Of a DNA stretch of 64,000 bases, positions 57,263-64,000 are shown piece by piece. How positions within the stretch are numbered: position 1 is the first letter of the stretch; every line of letters starts with the position of its first letter. Source of the DNA: an uncultured Rhodospirillaceae bacterium (GTDB taxonomy: Bacteria > Pseudomonadota > Alphaproteobacteria > GCA-2731375); NCBI GenBank assembly GCA_964344935.1, contig CAYFPL010000013.1, positions 27,625 to 91,624 of the forward strand, in the 5' to 3' direction. The notes beneath the pieces were generated by a model. It saw only the letters and a program-made list of their open reading frames with translations. It had not been told where the DNA came from and did not search any database. Both the position numbers and the translations under genes were made by a program.

Positions 57263-57823
57263 GTGAGGCAATCAGTGATCACACTCGACGAATGTGCTGA
57301 CATCCTCAAAGAGGCGCCCAATTGCACGGCATTCTTGGAGGCGTGGCTCGGCTGGCGCGGAGATCGTCAGATACCACCAATCGAGAACATGCGGCCTGAG
57401 GATCTGGGCAAGGCCCTCCCAAGTCTAACGGTGTTTGAGATCCAGTCTTCAGACCACATCACATATCGGCTTGCCGGTGGGCTGCACGAAGACCTCTCTG
57501 AAAGAGACCTTAAGGGGACAAATCTATTGGACCTAACGCCGCCCGAAGATCGTCATGTAATTATTGAACGGGCGCGGAACATAGTTGCTTATCCCTGTGG
57601 CGCAGTGTCCTACGGACGGTATGTTCGGCAGAGTGGTCAGGAAACACCGATGCGAATTCTGGCACTGCCTATGAAGCCACGGTCCCAGAACGAAAATAAG
57701 AAGGCATACGTTGCTCTGGACAGCTATGGCATCGAAGCTCGGTTGGCCGACGACCCGGTATCGACCATCCCACTCCCTGACGAGTTTCACTATGTGGATT
57801 TGGGAAACGGCGCGCCGGAATAG
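57263..57823 (+). CDS. Hypothetical protein, possible PAS-like fold
   Basis: No recognisable motif. GTG start. Confidence 0.3.
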   Translation: MRQSVITLDECADILKEAPNCTAFLEAWLGWRGDRQIPPIENMRPEDLGKALPSLTVFEIQSSDHITYRLAGGLHEDLSERDLKGTNLLDLTPPEDRHVIIERARNIVAYPCGAVSYGRYVRQSGQETPMRILALPMKPRSQNENKKAYVALDSYGIEARLADDPVSTIPLPDEFHYVDLGNGAPE

Positions 57824-58088
57824 TTGCCTGCTAGTGCCTGACACCAAATTCCTGCGACTGGGTCTATGACGGAAACCGCCGTTCAATCCCATGATCAGCG
57901 GTCTGTGCCATAAGCGCTGATCAATGGCCCACTGACACCGAAATGCCGGAGGTAAGACTGGCGGTCATTGCGCTTGATATTGTTGGGCTGGGACGCGAAC
58001 GAGAAACACAGTAAACAAGCGGTCTGTGCATACATAATACGCCATCCCAAATCTGACATGGGCTCTATTAAGACGGGATGCCATTGCT

Positions 58089-59300
58089 ATGAATCGTTTC
58101 AAGTGTCTCGTAGTGCTGCCTGTTCTTCTTGGTGCCTGTGCGGCATTGGCAAAGCCGCTGGAACACGGCGATCCGCAGCAGTTGGGCTTCGATCCCGCCA
58201 AGTTGGCCAAGATCAGTCAGGAGATCGGAGGGCTCATAAGCGATCAACGTTTGCCAGGCGCTATCGTTGCCATCGTGAGGCGCGGCAAGCTCGCCTATCA
58301 TAAGACCTTTGGCAAACTAAGGCCGTCCGCCAACGCGCCAATGCGGCCCGATGCCGTATTTCAGATCTTTTCAATGACCAAACCTATCACCGCAGTCGCG
58401 GTGATGCAGTTGGTGGAAAGCGGCAAGCTGTCTCTGGACGACCCGGTCGGGAAGTACATTCCGGCGTTTGGCAAGACGACCGTTTGGGAAGACGGTGTCG
58501 AGGTCCCGCCCAAGGGAACGATCACAATTGCCGAGTTGCTGCGCCATACTTCGGGCCTGACCTATGGATTTTTCGGCACTGGCCATGTGCGCGCCCAATA
58601 CAAAGCGAGAGGCGTTAGCGCCAGCAACCAAACCTTATCTGAGTTTGTCGACAACATCGCCGCAATACCTTTGGAGCACCATCCGGGCACGGTGTGGGAA
58701 TATTCCATGGCATCGGACGTTTTGGGACGGATTATCGAGATTGTCTCGGGTCAGCCGTTGCAGGACTATTTGAGGCAAAAGATATTCATTCCGTTGAGAA
58801 TGAATGACACCCATTTCCCTGGCCCATGGGTGCCCATGGAACGGGTTGCGGGTGCCGCCGCCGCCGGCTGGCAATTGCGCCCGGCTGCTGTCGACGTCCA
58901 ATTCAAAAGCGGTGGCGGCGGACTGTTATCGACGATGGACGATTACCTAAGCTTTTGCCGAATGATCCTCCAGGGCGGTAGCCTGAACGGCAATCAGGTC
59001 TTGAAGTCATCAACAGTCGCATTGATGACCCGCGATCAGCTTGGCAGCCTGCCGAGGGGACAATTTGACGGACCGGGCTATGGCTATGGTTTCGGCTACG
59101 GATTTGCCGTGCGCACTGGTGCGCGCGCGGCCTATCCCGGCTCGGTCGGTGATTTGTGGTGGGGCGGCTATGCCGGCACCTATTTCTGGATCGACCCCGT
59201 CGAAGAGATGATCGCCGTCATTCTGGTTCAAGCACCAAATATGCGCCGGACGCTCCGGCCGATGTTGCGAAGGCTGGTCTATGACGCCCTACTACGGTAG
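58089..59300 (+). CDS. Serine hydrolase of the beta-lactamase/transpeptidase-like family (EstB/class C-like) with signal peptide
   Basis: FSMTKP is an S-x-x-K active-site motif. Signal peptide MNRFKCLVVLPVLLGACAALA. Confidence 0.8.
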   Translation: MNRFKCLVVLPVLLGACAALAKPLEHGDPQQLGFDPAKLAKISQEIGGLISDQRLPGAIVAIVRRGKLAYHKTFGKLRPSANAPMRPDAVFQIFSMTKPITAVAVMQLVESGKLSLDDPVGKYIPAFGKTTVWEDGVEVPPKGTITIAELLRHTSGLTYGFFGTGHVRAQYKARGVSASNQTLSEFVDNIAAIPLEHHPGTVWEYSMASDVLGRIIEIVSGQPLQDYLRQKIFIPLRMNDTHFPGPWVPMERVAGAAAAGWQLRPAAVDVQFKSGGGGLLSTMDDYLSFCRMILQGGSLNGNQVLKSSTVALMTRDQLGSLPRGQFDGPGYGYGFGYGFAVRTGARAAYPGSVGDLWWGGYAGTYFWIDPVEEMIAVILVQAPNMRRTLRPMLRRLVYDALLR

Positions 59301-59604
59301 CCGTGGCGCGATAATGATGTCCTGCAGTAGCACCGGTTCGGGTAAACGGCGGAGGGTGGAGGAGATGGTGGGGCCCTTCGTCAATCGAGAAAAGATCACT
59401 CAACTCCGAAATCGGTGATGTCTTCCCAGAGCATTTTGGCGCGCTTGAAAACACTCTCGGTATCCCCGCCGGGGCGTTGGGAGAGAACCGGGCAGGAATG
59501 CCTGAATTGTGCCTGGAATGGACAGTGACCTGAACAAGTTCGCAAATTTGCTCATTGTACGACCGTTGCTTGACTTCAACATTGCGTCGCGTAATTGGTA
59601 GACG

Positions 59605-61194
59605 ATGAAGCGATATGAGATCGTCGTATTCTGTACCGGCGCCGTCATTCTGTCGTTGGAATTGATTGCGTCACGGATAATGACGCCCTACTTCGGTGTG
59701 AGCCTGTATATATGGACGGGCATCCTTGCGATCACCCTGATTTTTCTTGGGCTGGGCTATGGCCTCGGCGGCAAATTCACCAGGGCAAAAATTTCCGGAC
59801 CCGAGCTCGAGTTGGGCTTTCTGTCGGCACCTATTTTGGCTGCCCTGGCGATCGTGCTTTCGGCGGCGGTCTATCCGGCGCTGTTTCCAATATTCTCAAG
59901 GGTCCATTTGATTGTCGGCAGTTTTGTTGCCGCCGGGCTTTTGCTGGCCATACCGTTGATCCTGTTGTCTGCGCTCAATCCAATACTCATTGCGATGCAG
60001 CGCCACGCTGCTTCTGCGGACGGGAGCGATGGCGGCGCCGGCCGGATCTTCTTCATTTCCACCATTGGGTCCGTATGCGGCGTTTTGTTTACCGCATTCC
60101 TGTTTATCCCCTACATCAGCAATTACCGGGCCATCCTGATACTGGCCATATTGCTGTGCTTGTTGGTGGTTGCGTTTACGCGATTTGCGGCCGGCGCACC
60201 TGCGAGTGCGAAATGGAAACTCAACATCGCCAGTCTGCTCGTCATTGTCCTATGTGCGGCGTTGCTGATAGGCAGAGATGGTTATTTGCGCCTCATCACT
60301 TCATCGGAAAATGACCAACTGACTTTCAAGATCGTGGCCGAATACACCTCACTCTTCGGCAATATTAAGGTTGCCGAGGTGCGCCGCCGGGATGGCGGCG
60401 GCCCTACCGAACGATACTTCATCCAAGATGGCGTCATCCAAGGCCAGACCGCAATGAATAACCAATCCCAAGCCATGTACACCTATGCACTCGAACTACT
60501 GGCCCGCAGCCATGCGCCGAAGGCCCGCAGCGCCGTGGTTTTTGGGCTGGGGGCCGGCACCGTGTCTCGGAAACTAGTGCGCAACGGCCTCAAGGTCTCG
60601 GTGGTGGAAATCAATCCGGATGCATTGGCGGCGGCAGTAACACATTTTGGTTTTCCGGCCAGCGACGTCGACATGCATCTACAGGATGCGAGGACCTTCG
60701 CCCGCGAATGCAAAACCTCTTATGATATTGCCATTGTTGATCTGGCCCAGGATGACTCGGTACCGGATTATCTGCGTGCGAAGGAGTTCTTTGCCGATCT
60801 CAAGCGCTGCCTCCATCCCGACGGCATACTATTGATGAATACCTTCCTGGACACGCGGAATGACGAGCCCAATGGCCGGCTATTCGCCACCATCGCTTCA
60901 GCCTTTCCGGTCTTGTATCTCTCGGGTGAACGCAAGGGCAACAGTTTCATCGTTGGCAAATCCTTGGCACGGGCGGGCGAGCCAATTGTCGACCAAGGAG
61001 GCGTGCCAGAGGCTGTCGCACCACTGGTTCGCATGGCGCTGACCGAAGGCCGGCGGTTGTGGCCTGACGACTACGATAGATGGGCACCGGTTTCGGACGA
61101 TCACAATACCTTCAGTGTGCTGTTTGCTGATGCTGATATGGTTGATCGATCGTTAGTGGTAGGTTTCGTGCCGCCACGCTTGCTGGTCAACTAA
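59605..61194 (+). CDS. Fused polytopic membrane domain + spermidine-synthase-like (class I MTase fold) protein
   Basis: About 7 N-terminal TM helices, then VVFGLGAGTV...DIAIVDL, the spermidine synthase-like pattern. Confidence 0.65.
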   Translation: MKRYEIVVFCTGAVILSLELIASRIMTPYFGVSLYIWTGILAITLIFLGLGYGLGGKFTRAKISGPELELGFLSAPILAALAIVLSAAVYPALFPIFSRVHLIVGSFVAAGLLLAIPLILLSALNPILIAMQRHAASADGSDGGAGRIFFISTIGSVCGVLFTAFLFIPYISNYRAILILAILLCLLVVAFTRFAAGAPASAKWKLNIASLLVIVLCAALLIGRDGYLRLITSSENDQLTFKIVAEYTSLFGNIKVAEVRRRDGGGPTERYFIQDGVIQGQTAMNNQSQAMYTYALELLARSHAPKARSAVVFGLGAGTVSRKLVRNGLKVSVVEINPDALAAAVTHFGFPASDVDMHLQDARTFARECKTSYDIAIVDLAQDDSVPDYLRAKEFFADLKRCLHPDGILLMNTFLDTRNDEPNGRLFATIASAFPVLYLSGERKGNSFIVGKSLARAGEPIVDQGGVPEAVAPLVRMALTEGRRLWPDDYDRWAPVSDDHNTFSVLFADADMVDRSLVVGFVPPRLLVN

Positions 61195-61473
61195 CCGCAT
61201 ACAGGTTTGACCGCGGCTGCAATAGAGGGTTAGGCGGTCACCGCGGCACGGCGCGATATATTGTTGGCCTTTTAACTGCTCGTCCCCGCGCCACTCACGC
61301 CTAACGGCGGCCTCAACATCCTTGAAAATTCCACCCCTTTGTCATGCATTCTAGTCTTGGCCGATGGTTGCCAGACCCAAGGCGGATCCCGCTTTTCGGC
61401 GTGAAGAAAGCCAATTGCGATCATCAACCCGAAGCAGGATAATTAGGCCTGTGGGCACTTCGGCTCCTTTGCG

Positions 61474-62481
61474 TTGTTCGACTGCCCGTTATCGGAGGAA
61501 ACAAAATTGAAAATCGCTCCTGTTGAAAATAAATCGTTCGGCGCCGTCGTCACCGGCGCCAACATCGGCGCATTGAACGATGCCGACTTTGCGGCCATCG
61601 AGGCAGCGTTGCTGGACCGCGGCTTTTTGGTCTTCCCCGAACTCTTTCCGTCCGACAGCGATACCATCGCCTTCGCCAAAAATTTCGGTGAGCTGGAATT
61701 CGCGGTGGTGCCCTTTCTGTCGAACCAGGATCCCAATGCGGACGGCACGCCCGGCAACGTCTATGACCTCAATTCCCAGCGCATGCGGATGATCCTCGGC
61801 AATGAGGCCTGGCATACGGATTCGACCTATAAGCCCTATAGCAGCAAATGCGCCATGCTGTGCGCGCTGGTGGTGCCCGAACAGGGCGGTGGCACCGGGC
61901 TGGCCGATATGCGGGCCGGCTATGCCGCGTTGGATCAGGCGACAAAGGACCGTATCGCCGGCCTTGCCGCCTATCATTCGAACCTTTATTCCCAAGCCAA
62001 CGACCTGGGCGACTTCCCGGCCGTGCAGGAGGGCACGATCTATCACGGCGAGGCCTATCTGCGGCCGTTGGTCAAGGTGCACCCGCAGACCGGGGTCAAG
62101 AACCTGTTCATCGGGCGCCATGCGTTCGGTATTCCGGGGCTTCCGCGGGAGGAAAGCCGGGCGCTGTTGAAATCGTTATTGGATTTCGTCGTCGCCGACG
62201 AAGCGCGGGTATATGAACATCATTACCGGCCCGGCGATCTCTTGGTTTGGGACAACCGGGCGCTGCTGCACCGCGCGCTGCCCTACGATTACACAGAGCC
62301 GCGGACGGTGATCGGTACCCGGGTGGCGGGGGACGAGAGCGAATTCGCCTACAACCCCACGGACCCGGAGGCTGCCGCCGGCCGGGAGGCGCTGGCCACG
62401 GAGCTTGAACTGCTGCGCGGCGAAACCCAGGACCGGAGATACAAGGCGACCATGGCTCCTGACAGCCTTGCCGTGATCTAA
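61474..62481 (+). CDS. TauD/TfdA-family Fe(II)/2-oxoglutarate dioxygenase
   Basis: WHTDSTY is the HxD motif, with LLHRA and a late VIGTR motif. Confidence 0.75.
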   Translation: MFDCPLSEETKLKIAPVENKSFGAVVTGANIGALNDADFAAIEAALLDRGFLVFPELFPSDSDTIAFAKNFGELEFAVVPFLSNQDPNADGTPGNVYDLNSQRMRMILGNEAWHTDSTYKPYSSKCAMLCALVVPEQGGGTGLADMRAGYAALDQATKDRIAGLAAYHSNLYSQANDLGDFPAVQEGTIYHGEAYLRPLVKVHPQTGVKNLFIGRHAFGIPGLPREESRALLKSLLDFVVADEARVYEHHYRPGDLLVWDNRALLHRALPYDYTEPRTVIGTRVAGDESEFAYNPTDPEAAAGREALATELELLRGETQDRRYKATMAPDSLAVI

Positions 62482-62959
62482 GGTACATCCTGGCTGCCCC
62501 GCGTGGGCGACGCATAGGCGCCGGGCCGCCCTCGCGGCCTGATCCGCGTAGATCAATCCAGAAAATGAAAGAGAGCAACCTGGGTCCCATCGAACGCGGA
62601 CAAGGTGCTCTAAGCAATTGAGTTGGGCCTGTTGGTGACGGCCTCATCTCAAAACGGGCAGCGGAAGATATGGAAAGTCTCTACACCTAACGCAAACGGA
62701 CCGCCCGGCCCGACAATCGGTGATGTCGTCCCAGCATTCCTTGGCGCGCTTGAGGGCGCCGTCGCTTTCCAGACCGGCGTGTTCAGATAGGACGCGGCAA
62801 TTCTGTCTGCTTTGTGCCACGGGAAGTAATGCGTTTTTCCCAATTTGGTGTCCCGTTCCGGCGCACCAGTACCGGCGTAGAAATGTTCTTTACCGACTGT
62901 TCGCCCATATCGATACAATAAAACTGAAACCCATGTAGCCGCCCCTTGAGGGAACCCCA

Positions 62960-64000
62960 CATGCAGGCAAACACACCTTTGATTTCAGCCGTCACGAAAA
63001 CCCATGCCGGATTGGAGGTCACGTTTTGCGACGGTTCGGAGCCCGCGAGATTCTCGTGGTTTTGGTTGCGGGACCATGGTGTCGATGAAGACAGTCTCGA
63101 CCCAGAAACCCTACAGCGACGTGTTGATACTTTCGCCATCCCTCAAGACATTCAGGCGACAGCCGTTCAATTCGACGAGAACACGCAATTAATCGACATC
63201 GAATGGTCTAATGCGCCAACGACGACTGTGTCGGCACAACTCCTGGCAGGTGTTGACTCACGGATTCCCGAACCGCATGAGCTGGCGCCACATCGCGAAC
63301 GCATCCTCTGGGACAAGGATGCGCCACTGTCAGAATTGCCAACAGTGCCGTATGACGGCGTTATGTCCGGCGATGATGCGCTGAGAGAGTGGCTGGAAAA
63401 CATCGAGGTTTACGGGTTTTCGCTGGTTAATGGCGTACCCTCAACAGAAGCTGCCACCAAGGAATTGGCGGAACGAATCGGTATCATTGAAGAAACAATT
63501 TTTGGCCGCATCTGGATGTTGACTGCGGAAATGCAGGACCATGGCGACACAGCCTATTCCACTCAGTTTCTCGAACCTCACACCGATGCGACTTATCAAC
63601 ATGATGCTCCGGGCCTGCAGATGTTCAACTGCCTGGTTTTCGACGGCAAAGGCGGAGAAAGTGTTCTGGTTGACGGCTTTGCCATCGCCGAGCGGATCAG
63701 GCAAGGCGACCCCGAGGCCTATAAAACGCTGACCGAAATCATTGTCCCCGCTCACTATCTGGAGCCGGGCGTGCATCTGCGTGCGGAGCGCCCGCCATTT
63801 CGGCTGAACGCCAAAGGTGGACTGGTTCAGATTACCTTCAACAACTATGACCGGGCACCAATGCATTTGCCGGATGCCGATGACGAGCGTTTCCGTCATG
63901 CCTATGGCCTGTTCCACCAGCACGCGATGAACCAGGACAACTGGATCAAAATCCCCCTGCGTCCTGGATTGTTGTTGATTTTCAACAACTGGCGCAACCT
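62960..64000 (+). CDS. Gamma-butyrobetaine hydroxylase-like dioxygenase (DUF971 + TauD domains), 3' end outside the window
   Basis: The frame from the ATG at 62960 stays open to the window end. The N-terminal ...EVTFCDGSEPARFSWFWLRDH is DUF971-like. HTDATY is the HxD motif. Confidence 0.6.

Noticed and set aside
63441-63923. 160-aa minus-strand ORF near the window end
   Set aside because: It is antisense to the well-supported dioxygenase frame (HTDATY motif) that stays open to base 64000.
1-64000. A search for tRNA, tmRNA and rRNA genes as possible integration targets
   Set aside because: No cloverleaf-compatible or rRNA-like sequence was recognised by eye. The integration targets here appear to be 3' ends of protein-coding genes.

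Overview
High-GC window that looks alphaproteobacterial (Rhodospirillales/Rhizobiales-like by gene content, which is an inference). The left ~14 kb is ordinary core metabolism: the acyl-CoA carboxylase alpha C-terminus, acylphosphatase, a run of amidohydrolases, a DUF1800/DUF1501 pair, a WYL regulator, and a catabolic-type threonine/serine dehydratase. From the dehydratase stop codon (about 14.3 kb) to about 30.1 kb the sequence is an accessory array. It has visibly lower G+C and holds at least five cargo modules, each ending in a degenerate copy of the last ~60 nt of the dehydratase gene plus ~100 nt of its downstream sequence. The cargo is almost entirely signalling proteins: a membrane class III adenylate cyclase, three of the four paralogous cyclase-TolB-like-TPR genes in the window, a soluble MCP-domain protein, a hybrid histidine kinase, plus SDR, VWA and VOC enzymes. 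No integrase, transposase, CRISPR array, tRNA or rRNA gene was seen anywhere in the window. A second apparent insertion at 42.7-46.6 kb is a Zur-box-like palindrome, a porin, znuA and znuB but no ATPase, flanked by a ~165 bp direct repeat that duplicates the 3' end of a small coiled-coil gene. A third unusual locus at 32.5-36.6 kb is a small exported peptide with an internal double-glycine motif, a stand-alone periplasmic C39-like peptidase, a signal-peptide protein that fuses an excisionase-type HTH to an outer-membrane beta-barrel, and a SAM methyltransferase. The rest is a LOV/STAS pair, a PAS-GGDEF cyclase, a secreted CDA-fold deaminase, leuC, cspA, a desaturase, dioxygenases and similar. 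All calls come from reading the supplied ORF translations and the nucleotide text; no database searches were run.
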